This document shows positions 25,837 through 39,473 of a stretch of DNA of 64,000 nt, in pieces. Within the stretch, counting starts at the first letter, position 1, and the number at the start of each line of letters is the position of its first letter. A program made the translations under genes and the position numbers. Source of the DNA: Laetmonice hystrix (lineage: Eukaryota); NCBI GenBank assembly GCA_965235115.1, contig OZ249446.1, positions 7,626,001 to 7,690,000 of the forward strand, given 5' to 3'. The notes beneath the pieces were generated by a model. It was given only the letters and a program-made list of their open reading frames with translations. It was not told the origin of the DNA and made no database searches.

Positions 25837-28800
25837 TGAGTGGGTGGTTTGTCGAGCTGGTGGTTTCCATTGCCATTATGGCTGAGCACCATTAGTGGCT
25901 TGCTGCTTTCTGCGAGGACTGGCCTGACTCCATCAGTAGCAGGCTGAACCCATTAGTGGCTTGTTGAACTCCCAGCACCGGCTGAATGCTCTCTACCTCC
26001 CAGACAGTGACGGCCAGGTTATACTTTGATGGCTGGCTGTCCAACCATATGTGTCCCTGTTGAGCCTTGTCCAGTCTGCACAAAGGAGTTAATACCTCAT
26101 GTGGGGCCGACCTTCGTGTAATCAGAGCGTTCACGTACAAATGGAAAACTTCGTTGAATGTCTTCTACTTTCATTTTCTATCTTCAGTATGGATCCAGTA
26201 TTGAGGGGCTGTGGGCGTTCATTGTACGAGTTGTTCCACATGCCCTTGAAGGAATAGAGGTTGGGAATGTTCACTTTTGTTCCTAAAGTTGAATAAAGTA
26301 TTTTATTTGTCCCCTGTAAAAAAAATAGCAAAGTTTAAATTAACCTGCATAAAAGTACGGATATGTTAGTCACGGGAAGAAATCGACGAACATTTTGAAG
26401 TATCATATCATTCGGAACACCGAGCCCTTTACGATGTAGAGAGACTCGGATACCAATCGGAGGTCGCCATATTGGGTCAGATGGGGTCAGCGCACTATTG
26501 TCGTAGCGTCCCATGTAAACAACGGCCAGTGTCTGGGCTGTGGTGCTGTCAATAGTGAATAGACGGCTTTCTTCGTTAATAGTTGGCAAAAAACTGAAAC
26601 CGAATTTGTCACGGATTGTAGCCTTTCTTGACAATGTCATTAGCCATGAAAACGTGGGCTATTCCTTATTTAGCATGTATGATCCGTGCGATAAGAGGAT
26701 CGAATCAAGGTAGCCTGTCAAACAGTTACACGCCACCGTTGAATCGTAACACCCGTTTTTCTGTCACGGTTTGAACTTTGACTTCTTTCATTAACACGCC
26801 GATTGTGACGGTTCATTTTGACGACTTGCCTCTCATGTTAAGTGTTATGTTGAACACCCTTGTGTTGAATCGAGTCAAATCAAGGTAAATAATACGGCAA
26901 ATCCATAGGCTACTCAAAGTGGTCGACTCGGAGCCCGCGGACTGCCGGGCCACCCTAGCTATCCCCACCGGGAGCCACCCGTGGCCGTGCGGCCCTGCAG
27001 AGCTGTCGCGAAGTTGCCGGGTCATTTTATTCGATTAATCTATATTTGGTCAAAGTTGTTACCGTAACAACAACTTTATAATGATATCTGGTCTATATGA
27101 GTTTACTAACACCATTAATAGAGGCTCTACCCACTATATATATAAGGGACTCAATTTTTGCCGGCATCTCACTACCTGTGCCAGTCTTGTGTCATTGCGC
27201 ACTGGGGCGATACATGGAATCCATGTATATCAATGCGTCGAGGGGTGTCCGAGCACAACTACAGCGAAGCGACCGGAAGTTGGGCCGAGGTTTTCCGAAT
27301 GGTATCATATTAGACACTTTGAAATTAAAAGAGTGATTCAGGAGGTTCTGTGTAACCTCAGTAGGTATAGGTAGGATTATCGCGTGGAATTTCCGGTATA
27401 AAGTTAATGGCAATAGAAGTGTACTGTAAAGATTATATTATGACCTGTATAGAGATCGTGGATGGCATTCCCGGTATCACGAAGACAAAAAGTTTATATT
27501 CAGCCGCCCAAGTGCCCCATGTTTTACGTGTCGGAATGCAGGCTGCTGCTGTTAATCCCGTAACTCTGGGCCCTGGAACCGTTAATAATGGTCGCTTTCC
27601 GAGATCATTTTTTAACTGGGGGTCCGGTGAAAGCATATCGGACGTCAGCTGGAACTTCCTAATGTGATGTGATATTGCTCATTCTATTTTTTTTTTTCTG
27701 AAAAAAAGTTGATACGAAATCAGTGCTTTATCTTTTCCTGGTGCAATGCTAAGTATCGTAGTCGTGATTTGACTCGCAGACTTTGATATATTATAGGAAT
27801 AAGTACTGTTCTTAGGCAATGATATGATAGGGGATAACTGGAATTCCTGTTGTACGAGTGGATGTTTTGTGTGGCAGATGTTATGTGATTCATCCCCGGA
27901 GGGTTGCTTTAAATACAGTCCATTTGATCGGTGTTTTGAAAAACAGCTTCCATGAAGTTGAACTTTTTGTACAAGAGCATGCTCTGTGCAATTTTCTTTT
28001 GCGGGACATTACAGCTCCAGGTGCCCATTATTTCACACGGAAAATGCATCATTATGGTCATGCCATTTCATGAAAAATGAGTAACTTTTCATTCCTGCTT
28101 TCTTCTCCCGGTGAAGTTATTTATTGAGAACCCCAGGGCAGGGATTTCTCTGATTTCAAATATCTTCATCATTCCTTCCCATAGAGCTATAAAAGTTTCA
28201 GTTTCCAAAATGATGCTTTAAGAGGTCTAATTCACCATCATATGCTGGGACTTAATCCACGATTAAGGTGCTCACGTGAGAAGTAAGGTGAGGTAAGTCA
28301 ATAACATAAAATATCAGACGTAATGATAAAGAACCCAGCCGTTACGTTTGTTTCATTGATGCGGTGAGATTTTCTACGATTGTTCTCAAGAGGGCACGGT
28401 TCCTTGGTGGGACGACCATAAAAGCAGAACCATCCACATAACCATTGAAGTCCAGTATCTGTTATTAGATCAATGAAGAGTTTGGCAATAGATGACACAG
28501 CTTGAGTTAGTAGGACAGAGTGGCCAGGCGAGTCACTGATGATTCCGACCGGATGCTGGCCTACCCACATCAACATGTCCGATCCCCGACAGATCGCAGT
28601 GAATGGCCGGTGACATAAGTGTGGAATGTGTCCTCGCGTCAAACACGGCTCTTAGTCTCTGAAACAGCATATGTGACCTGGCTTAGTTTTCTTGGGATGG
28701 GGAGGAGGGGGGGGGGTGCACTAGCAAATGACTTAAATATGGCATAGTAGTCAACATATTGTGTAAGAAACTCATAATACAAATCAGGCTGCTTCGAAAC

Positions 28801-31800
28801 AAATGGCTTGAATACAGGTTTTGCCTAAGATAAGATGTCCCTACGTGATTCGTGTATAAACACTGATATGATAAGGGTTAGCTGTACGTTCATCCTTTAC
28901 AGCTGTAGAAGAAGGCCTTGGACAGGATCAGCAGAAAGGTAAAGGTAATAAATACAGGGTCAGGGGTCAGAGGTGATTGGGTCAAGAGGTGAGGAGGCGA
29001 GTCTGTGGTATGAGGAAACAACGCCCTATTGAGGTCGACAAGCGTGTTATCTGTGCTGTGGTTGGGGATCCAACTACCATCAGACTGGACGCCACAACGG
29101 TACGACAAGCATACCACTCGACTGGCCAATCCAATATCCATCCTATAAACTCCTTATGGTGGGACGAGGAAATATTGCCAGCCGCACAGCGCTGTCCTGC
29201 TTCGGCCTCAGGAAGTTTCCGTGCGTGGGAGGTCAGATTGGCTTCTAAACTGGTTTGTAATAATTCATCGATACTTTGTGTTTCCTAGGCGACATTGGAC
29301 TTGTAATTGTCCTGCAACTTCCCTATAAATGTCAAATGCTGCATGCATGACACATTGTTACAAGATATTTGTCATATTTTATTGGCATAAAATTAAACAC
29401 GTGTGATATATTTTGGTCTGCTCTAAATTTCATTTCCGAGACAGCATCCATTCAGTGGGATATAGAATGTATGGCATGTGAGGCATAGATGGAGGCAATT
29501 TTTGTCATTCACAGCACAGACACCTCTCACGCAGTACCGGTTGCACTAGAACATAGTATGAATGGTGGTATAATTTATGGTGGATCAAGCAAGTACAACG
29601 TCTATTGGCAAAGGTCAAGTCAGTGCCACACTACGATATACACTACCTTTCTACAGGACTCCAACTCTCGCTTCCGTAGAAATAACAGAAAGGTAAAGAA
29701 AATAAAGTAAGAATAGGCTGGTGCCGTCTCGTTTGAGATGGTTACTGTACTCTAGACCTTGGGCCTGTCAGTTTGCTTGTAGCTCCAAATCTCCAGACTT
29801 TTCGTATCACTCACCTCGCAGGGAATTTTTAGCTTATGAGCCAACTTATATCTTGATATCCCATAACCTTACTTTTACTCTTAAGATATGAATTAGATTA
29901 GTTTTGTAATCCTACAACTGTGGTGTTTCAGATAGTGAACGATCCTTCTACGGAAAGGGAAGCATATAAATTAGGTTTGCTTATTGGTAATGTTGCGAGA
30001 TTGTCGTGTAAAAGATGGACCCTGACGCCTAGTCTGGGATAGAAACCGGTTAGCGGACCCATTCTGTCATCAATCCTCTTAAGTTGGCGGGAATCAGATT
30101 CTGATTTGTTGTCAGACAGCAGTAATATTTCATAGTGAGCCTGTAGTAGTAATCTGCTGTAGTTCATATGAAGAAGTCCACATCATCACACAGTTGGCTT
30201 GTGGTGATCAGCCTCTGACTCTGAGTCAATATGTACATCATAAAATGGATCAGTATTAATTTCTTGGTTAAAATACCGTATCAGAATGTATTTAGTGAAA
30301 ACAAGAATCGAAATAAAGAGCTTCCAAGGAGTCCTAAGGACTGTTGAAGACAAGATGTCTGCTGGCCGGATGTGATCCAACACTTGGGGCCTACATATAT
30401 CAGATATTCAAGGTTTCCTGGGTTAAAAATTGCCTTTCTAATACTGTCCACCGGAAGGCATTGTGAGTGATTAAGTCGTTCAATGCCTGCTATTTGTTAT
30501 TTGTCGGTAGGGTTGGCGCTCTCTCATAGAAATAAACCTCTACCGCTTAGGTCATCTCCTTCTGCTGGGGGATAAAGGCAGAAGTGAAATATGAAATACT
30601 GGGAGATTTGGTTGAGAAGTAATCCAGTGTAAGCTGTGTGAACAGACCGGTGGAGGTCAAGGGGATCACGGGAGTGGGGCTGCTGAAGGTGTGTATGAGC
30701 TGCTGTCACTGGAGAGATGGTGTCATCGGGCCGCCCTTAGTAATAATCATACATGTTCAATTTCTAAGCTAAAGTATGGAAAGGTGTGTAACTTGTAGTC
30801 TTTTTTGTTGCTGCTAAAAAAAAGAAAAAAAGAAAAACTTTTTACGCGACGCGTGTGATGTGTCGAAGGTGTCAACTTATTAGCCTCATTGAAACATGTG
30901 TCGAGCACCTCACCATCGCTCAAAAAGGCTTTTCCTACCCGGCTATTGCACCTGAACAAGGTTTGACACGTGGTGGATTCTTAGCTTGATAGATTTACGT
31001 TTTGTCGACAACGGTTGACATGATTAGATTCTGGGGAGACGTGTGAAGGCAAGAAAACACAGAAGATTAACGGTTTCATTTTACTGCTTACCTTTACAAA
31101 AATGCATTCTACTTGAACAAGTTAGTGGCATGCAGGGTGGCATGCTGGGAGGGCATCATAGCAAGAGCTGAAGGCAGTTTGTTAGCCGTCAAATGTGAAC
31201 ACCTGTAGGATTGAAGTGGTCTGCCAGAGGTAGGTGGTAGACGAGGTGTTGACACCTTGACACCCAACCCGTCACCTCCCGCGTCACCTCGTCTGTCACG
31301 TAACTCACTGTCACGTGACACAGCTGACTATATATCACGTGACCGACCCGGTTATTGCACTCTTGGTCTTTCTGGCGGTTCAGCACAGGCACTTGGATCA
31401 GCTAGAGGAAGCGACCCCCTGCCAAATTTACAAGTTTTTCTGGAAGGGCGTATATCTTAATGGATGCTGTGTCTACAAAAAGTTAGAATCTATAGGCGTA
31501 TACTACCTGAGAAACCTTACTACCTCATGGGCAAACTTACCAAATTAGTTATAGGTCTTCTCGTATTGCGGAACTTGCAGACATCGGCAGGGTGGAAGAT
31601 GAGGATTCTGAATCTCCCTGGAGTTGGCGGGTTTCTGATTTCGAAGAATCCGTGTGCATACCAGTTCCGTTTTTAGCTGAATGACCAGCATCACAATTTA
31701 TGATAGTATTATAAATGGAGGGTGTCTGAGATTTAATGATCACTCCTCTACCTTGCCATCACGGATGACAAAGGGTAGCACTGCTCAGTGCTGAGTTTCC

Positions 31801-34651
31801 TTCCTGTCCCGGGTTGAGATTTATTCATTATCAGGGACGGTACCGGTGGGGTTCTCCTCACACTGAGACTGCCTCATGAATTGTTCACCAGTCCCAGCCC
31901 AGGCTGGGCCCAGCGCTGACATCCTCCAAGGCCACGCCTATCAGGACCTACGTCATTCATGCCACGACTTCCGTAACACGGGACTTCCTGCTGTCAGTCG
32001 CAGTTGTCGCCGGGAAGGTTGTGGGGAGGGGGAGGAGGGCTTCAGCCGACAACACGATCTAAGATCGTGAGTACAAAAAACACCGACCACATACGGACTT
32101 CAAGCTCAGGCGATCCTAATCCTCCCAGCGGTCATCAGGCGATCCTAATCCTCCCAGCGGTCAGGGGTGATTAATGTCAGGGCTTTCCAAGGAAGTTGTA
32201 TCTGCCTGCAAGATTAATGGGTTGGATCCGGGGGGAAACTTGACTTTTACTTCTAACTGTAAGAGGATGAAGAACACAGCAGTTCAATAGACTTGCTACC
32301 ACTGGAAAACTTTTAATGTAAAGAATTGTAAATGTACCATAAAGCGTGCCAATAGTGGAGGCTCACCAAGCCTGATACTAAGAATTCAGTATTATAAGTT
32401 GCCATTGAAAAGCAGTGTATCTCTTAAGCCATCTCCCCTGTGGACCACAGCAGAGTATGAGAATATGATTCTGGTTATGATAAAAAGAAAAAAAAACTTT
32501 TATGATGGCGATAATAATAATGATGATGAAATGAAAGCAGTTACGATAATGAGAAGGATTATAATGCTGGACGTGGTATGCACCATTGACACTGTAATGT
32601 AAATTGTCAGCTATTGAAAACAGATTGCCGTTATTATTATGATTTATGTGTATTCGGCAATACTGATGGTTTAATCACCATATTAACGTATGACCGTTAA
32701 CCTGTCTGTGACCTGAATGTATACAGTATTTGTTGCCCGAAATTTTCGTGCCCCCTTAAATTTTGTTTTATTCAAGAAAGAAATCACAAACTTCAGGCCG
32801 CTTAGTAGAGCGGGGGATATGGCACCGCTTTCAAAGGGAACTTTAGGGCTGAAAACTAAAGGCGCTAAATTTTCCTTAAAGAAATTATGATAGGCCAAGG
32901 TCGCGAATTGTGTGGACGGTAGAACATGTGATGCTGGACGACGGATTGACTATGGGTCCGGGGGGCCTGGAGGGGACCATGTGACCCAGACAGCTGGTGG
33001 CTGGTATGTCGGGACAGATGACTGTATAATATGTCGGCGTGTACCATGATGGGTTGTACGGAAGGGGCAGTCCGTCGGCTCAGGTGTCGTATCGGTGGGG
33101 GCCTGTGGTCACACAGAGGTTGGACCTCAGACTCACAGTCCATGGACGGCGTATATCTCGAGTCTGGGAATGCGGTGGCGGGACGAGGTATAGATCCGAC
33201 TTCTCGACAACCGCTGTTTGATCCAGCTGTCGCTAGGGGGCGTTGTAGGCAGACCGCCTCTGGTCAATGTCTTTGTCAGTTTATATTATCGGCCTCGCTG
33301 ATATTACCAAATGCCTCTTTCTCTCCAGATACGGTTTTTTTTCCAAACATGTAAGTCATTTTGCCCTGCAGTGTTATGAATCAAATTTCTGCTGCGGTTG
33401 CCAGTTTTAGCGGCGAGTCACAGTAGTTTTTTTGCATATATTTTTCGTATCATTTTGCGATTCACAAGTGTGAGTGAAATAGTCAAAACGTACTGAAGTA
33501 CGACTAAAAGTAGATAAACCTTTAGATTGCCCTAAGCGCTACGTCTCCCGACTGGGTTAGTAAAGACTGGGGGTTAACACTCTATGCAGTTTTACACGTA
33601 GAATCCTTGCCACTTAGATACCACCAGTAGAGCACTACGTAAATCAAGATTATAACGCATGGGAGAGGGGGGTACCTGTGCTCTTTCCCTTTATTAGCGA
33701 AATGCCTCCAACGTTCCTTGCACCCTCACGTTGATGGCTAATCCCCCGACAACACCCACCCAAATCCTGCTCCCATCTCTCTTATATTGATAACAATTTA
33801 GTCGGACACAACCTAAGCCGTTTCTGCCCGTTTTAAGATCACGTTAATCCTTTTAGTAGGATAGATTTTGTAAGGTGTTGCAACATTGTAAAGCCATTTG
33901 TTATAATTAGTGATTCCGTTACCATGGTGAACAGATGGTGTTGTCTCATGTTATGTATGGAGGAGGAGGCAGAGTGATAATGAGTGTATTACGTGGAACT
34001 CTAGCGCTGTGACATACAGACATAGCTCACACCACGACATCCAGGTGCAATTTATTCCTCAGACAGGATGCGGGACATAAAAAAAACTCATGCAACGCAA
34101 CATATTCTCATTTTTGTCTTTCTTGTTTATTAAAATACACTAATATTAATCTATAAGCATACTACAACCTTCGACATTGCTATGCAATTCTCTTTTTCTT
34201 GAGGTAAACTACTTCTAAATAACTACAGGTCAGAGAGACTAGATGTTGTTGTTTCTGTGGGCAGGAAACAAAAACATAATATTCCAGCAGGAAACTCCCT
34301 TCATTGCTTCATTAAAACAATCGCCCTGTGGATATGTTAAATCAGTCCATGTGTTTTAGACAAGAAGTTGTTTTATACATGTTCAGTGTTTAAGACTGAT
34401 GACGTGTCTGTCTACCGGTCGTTGGTCTGCCGTCCAGTGCTCGGACAGCTGTACACTGGCCATGTGTAGGAATCCGACCAGGCAGCTGTTGCTGGTCAGG
34501 CTGACCATAGATTCTCCCCAGACCACTGAACACGCACAGAGCCCCCACAGATGGTGGCCGCAGTAACACCCATCAACCACTCAGAACAAAAAACACAGAC
34601 TCCCTGACACGTTTCATGTCGACCTCCTCGTACCAAGGCAGGATAACGACA

Positions 34652-34670
34652 GACTGCCCTCTGGCGGCAG
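34652..34670 (-). promoter_or_regulatory. CTCF-consensus-like motif
   Basis: Minus strand reads CTGCCGCCAGAGGGCAGTC, matching the CCASYAGRKGGCRS-type core. Motif match only. Confidence 0.35.
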
Positions 34671-36194
34671 CGTTTGTTGACCCATCAAATAGAGCAAACT
34701 GAACTTTGGCGTTCACGGGTCAGCAGCTGACTGTGTCCAGGGTGCTCACAAAGTAACAGACCCGATCAGTCTTAGGACACATTGACAGGTAAATATCTCA
34801 TCCTTGTGTTATATTCTGGTTATGTGTATGATGGAGGTATGAGTCGGGTATCTGAGTCGGGGTATTGTAGAAACCCAGGGGCCAGTCTTACCCAATTTCT
34901 CGTTATTAACGATATCACCCACTCCTTACTGAATTCGTTATTAACGAGTAACCCGTTATTCATTTCTACACTGTAGTTAACGATATCTTCGCTAACGAGG
35001 AGCTTAGTACGTATGGATCCTCATGTAGTAGAAGTATTTGAGGGATCAAAGATGGACTTTAGGTCTTTTGTGTCTCTCTTCCTAACTCAGGACTGAAATC
35101 CTGTTTACGTAACACTAAGCGTCGGAGCCCACAGGCAGTGTAGCTAGTTAAGTGATGATTCGTAGATAAAACCCAGGGAGTGGAAGGTGCGTGAATGATC
35201 TGATGATCATGGGATTTAGATTTACGACATCACACTGCCGTGTTATGGCACGGACGTGGTGATTGGACAGGAATGTTTATATTCACGTAGCAATAAACGG
35301 ATATTAATAGGAAGGGATAGGAGTGCACGAAAACCAAGGATTGCCCGACAGGTACTGGCTGCCATCTCAATAATGTACACATAGATTCCTGCCTGGAGCA
35401 TTTTACGATGACCATCATAAAAAAAACCAAGTGGAATTGGAGTTATTGGGTGCAGTCATTCACAGAACGGGAGCAGGTCTTTCAAGTGCTTGGAATGGTG
35501 CTTGGCACGTTTTGAAGTAGTTGGAACCCTTGAAATTACCTTGACATTTAAAAAGTGCTCCCAAATACGGTGTTAAATGCGGGGGGAAAAAGACTCAATT
35601 ATTGACTTTCATCAAGTCGACCTTGAGGAAGCTGGAGAAAGTGCTTGAAGAATGTTGTTTTTGCAAAGTCTAGTTATCTCTCGAAAAGGCAGCTGTCCAG
35701 TGAGGTACAATCAGATGTTCCCACTGAGCGGAATAAAGGATTAGTTACCAATGAGAAGTTACGCTTATGGCCATAGTGTACGTAAGGTATAAATATGCTT
35801 CCCGTCATAACGTTGGTATAATTGTTCGGACAGCCGAGATAATTGCGATATTTGAGATTTTTCCTTCTTGATTTGAATGTAAGTAAATGAACCATTGAAT
35901 TCGTAACAATATTTTACTGATTGTGACAAGTAACATAGCAGAACCCGTCTTAATACACAGCATTTGAGCCGGGTTTGTCTACACATTGGTTGTTGAATGA
36001 AAGACTAAATCAAATGGAGATTTAAAACAAACATTTTATGGTTTCGTACAGTGGCCCCCGTTACTGCCATTTGTAGAAAGGTCTCAGCTGACTGAGAACA
36101 CCTGTAGGAGTCTCAGCAGACTAAACGGTTGCGTGATACCTGAGTACTTGGTGAAAAACGCGTGAAACCCCCGCCGGTCGTAACGTGACAATGG

Positions 36195-37313
36195 TGTCCT
36201 GTCATGGAAGCGGCCCGTAACCATGGCGCCTACGGTCTCTTCCCGTCAGACACTGCCCTGTCATGGAAGCGGCCCGTAACCATGGCGCCTACGGTCTCTT
36301 CCCGTCAGACACTGTCCTGTCATGGAAGCGGCCCGTAACCATGGCGCCTACGGTCTCTTCCCGTCAGACATTGTCCTGTCATGTAAGCGGCCCGTAACCA
36401 TGGCGCCTACGGTCTCTTCCCGCCAGACACTGTCCTGTCATGTAAGCGGCCCGTAACCATGGCGCCTACGGTCTCTTCCCGTCAGACACTGCCCTGTCAT
36501 GTAAGCGGCCCGTAACCATGGCGCCTACGGTCTCTTCCCGTCAGACACTGCCCAGGAGGAGCGGCCCGTAACCATGGCGCCTACGGTCTCTTCCCGCCAG
36601 ACACTGTCCTGTCATGTAAGCGGCCCGTAACCATGGCGCCTACGGTCTCTTCCCGTCAGACACTGCCCAGGAGGAGCGGCCCGTAACCATGGCGCCTACG
36701 GTCTCTTCCCGCCAGACACTGTCCTGTCATGTAAGCGGCCCGTAACCATGGCGCCTACGGTCTCTTCCCGTCAGACACTGCCCAGGAGGAGCGGCCCGTA
36801 ACCATGGCGCCTACGGTCTCTTCCCGTCAGACACTGCCCTGTCATGGAAGCGGCCCGTAACCATGGCGCCTACGGTCTCTTCCCGTCAGACACTGTCCTG
36901 TCATGGAAGCGGCCCGTAACCATGGCGCCTACGGTCTCTTCCCGTCAGACACTGCCCAGGAGGAGCGGCCCGTAACCATGGCGCCCACGGTCTCTTCCCG
37001 TCAGACACTGCCCAGGAGGAGCGGCCCGTAACCATGGCGCCTACGGTCTCTTCCCGTCAGACACTGTCCTGTCATGGAAGCGGCCCGTAACCATGGCGCC
37101 CACGGTCTCTTCCCGTCAGACACTGCCCTGTCATGGAAGCGGCCCGTAACCATGGCGCCCACGGTCTCTTCCCGTCAGACACTGCCCTGTCATGGAAGCG
37201 GCCCGTAACCATGGCGCCCACGGTCTCTTCCCGTCAGACACTGCCCTGTCATGGAAGCGGCCCGTAACCATGGCGCCCACGGTCTCTTCCCGTCAGACAC
37301 TGCCCAGGAGGAG
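36195..37313. repeat. 59/54-bp minisatellite, 19 copies
   Basis: Constant core GCGGCCCGTAACCATGGCGCCTACGGTCTCTTCCCGTCAGACACTG with alternative linkers (CCCTGTCATGGAA / TCCTGTCATGTAA / CCCAGGAGGA). 19 cores counted. Confidence 0.95.
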
Positions 37314-38442
37314 AGACCGATCGGCCACCGCCGCGGGTCTTTATGAAACAACGTGATAGGAATTACGCAAAGTCTGTATGTAGCTAATACACAAAGTCTG
37401 AATGTTTGAAAAATAAATCTGCTAACGCATTACAAAAATTAACCAAAAGTGCAGCGTGAGGCTGTACCTTGTACAGTAAAGGTGCCGTACCAAAATTTTA
37501 AAGGTGACAGTGGGTGGAATTTCGTGATAGTGGATGTGGGGATAAATTATTTGAATAAAGGAGTAGGCAATTTCTTTCGTGCTTCTTAAATAGGTTTGTG
37601 GCCTAAAGAGGCGTTAATACGGATCAGGCTTGTCTCATATAATAACACTCCAGTCATATTTCAACAAGTTTCTTGTTAGCTGTTCCTATGCTGGTGAATG
37701 TTTCATTGGGTGTTTCATGGAAAGAAAGGATGGACTATTTCAGACACATAATTCACAGTGGTTGAATGGTGATGGGCCCTACCTACTGATTTAGTAGTGC
37801 AAGTCAAGTCTAGTTCATTCAGCCCATCCTCCAGACTGTGTAATCTATTAAATGGCAAAGTTGGAATGTCATTATTCTTACTGGTCGTATTGGTATTTTG
37901 ACGGCGGGGTCTCAGCGGTTTGAGATGGGAAGGGAGGTGGTGGTGGTGGTGGGGGTGGGGGGGGGGGGGGTCGTGTTTCCCTGCACGAGTATCATCACAA
38001 TCCCACCTCAACACTGCCTCAATAATTTGTCATCAGTGGTGTGCCTACCACTGGGGCATTAACAGAAATAGATGTTAAAACCGAACAGTGGGAACCGGCG
38101 GACAAACCCTCCCACATACACAAGCTGCAAAAGACAATTTTAGCTGTTTCTAGTGTAAATATACGGGCGGTATGCAGGATTCTACTACCTGTTTGATTAT
38201 CGCTGGGTTTCCCCGCAATTACAAGTATTTGAGGTCGACTCGTATCAATTAGCCTACCCCCCGCGGGTAGACCGCACAACCCTCCCATCCAGGTTACGAT
38301 GAGGGTGACTCCCAGGTGGATCAGGCGGTAGTGGAGAGGGCATTGATTTCCCAGGGTGTGAGAGGTTATGCAACCCCCACCTCCTCACTGCGCTCCAGGT
38401 GTGGGAGGACGCTGGCATACAGGCCACGTGCGGCATCATGTG

Positions 38443-39222
38443 GCCAGGCCAGGTAATTGGTGGCCACGTGTATAACGTATACGTCTAGTGTAGGACCTGA
38501 GCTGGGAGTCTGTCAGGGAGGGTTGGTGTGCCAGGCCAGGTGATTGGTGGCCACGTGTATAACGTACGTCTAGTGTAGGACCTGAGCTGGGAGTCTGTCA
38601 GGGAGGGTTGGTGTGCCAGGCCAGGTGATTGGTGGCCACGTGTATAACGTATACGTCTAGTGTAGGACCTGAGCTGGGAGTCAGTCAGGGAGGGTTGGTG
38701 TGCCAGGCCAGGTGATTGGTGGCCACGTGTATAACGTATACGTCTAGTGTAGGACCTGAGCTGGGAGTCTGTCAGGGAGGGTTGGTGTGCCAGGCCAGGT
38801 GATTGGTGGCCACGTGTATAACGTACGTCTAGTGTAGGACCTGAGCTGGGAGTCTGTCAGGGAGGGTTGGTGTGCCAGGCCAGGTGATTGGTGGCCACGT
38901 GTGTAACGTATACGTCTAGTGTAGGACCTGAGCTGGGAGTCGGTCAGGGAGGGTTGGTGTGCCAGGCCAGGTGATTGGTGGCCACGTGTATAACGTATAC
39001 GTCTAGTGTAGGACCTGAGCTGGGAGTCTGTCAGGGAGGGTTGGTGTGCCAGGCCAGGTGATTGGTGGCCACGTGTATAACGTACGTCTAGTGTAGGACC
39101 TGAGCTGGGAGTCTGTCGGGTAGGGTTGGTGTGCCAGGCCAGGTGATTGGTGGCCACGTGTATAACGTACGTCTAGTGTAGGACCTTAGCTGGGAGTCGG
39201 TCAGGGAGGGTTGGTGTGCCAG
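38443..39222. repeat. 87/85-bp minisatellite, about 9 copies
   Basis: Unit GGCCAGGTGATTGGTGGCCACGTGTATAACG(TA)TACGTCTAGTGTAGGACCTGAGCTGGGAGTCTGTCAGGGAGGGTTGGTGTGCCA. Confidence 0.95.
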
Positions 39223-39329
39223 TACAGAACGTTTTCTCATCTTGAAAAAATACTATATTAAGGACATTTTTGTAAAACAGGAGTGAAAACGTACGTTATT
39301 TTAACCAAGGGAAATCTTGATTTTCCACA

Positions 39330-39473
39330 CAAAATGTCCCGAGATTGCCTTTTTTAACGTCTTTTTTTTAATTTCCCAGAACTGAGAAGGGCATGGCCTA
39401 TGGCCATCTCTGCAGTACCTAACCCCCCCCCCCCCCTCCCCCCCGCCTTAACCATTTTCTGCATACGCCACTG
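39330..39473. mobile_element. Single end of an hAT-like MITE
   Basis: Poly-C tract followed by ATTTTCTGCATACGCCACTG (reverse complement CAGTGGCGTATGCAG...), similar in style to the 21701 element. Partner end not found. Confidence 0.4.

Noticed and set aside
34874-35022. Degenerate Harbinger-like MITE with repeated CGTTATTAACGA
   Set aside because: The left end is suggestive, but the right TIR and TSD could not be matched.
36195-37313. CRISPR-like repeat/spacer appearance (also considered for the 46-, 50-, 62- and 73-bp arrays)
   Set aside because: The variable parts are short reused variants rather than unique spacers, there are no cas-like ORFs, and the context is eukaryotic.
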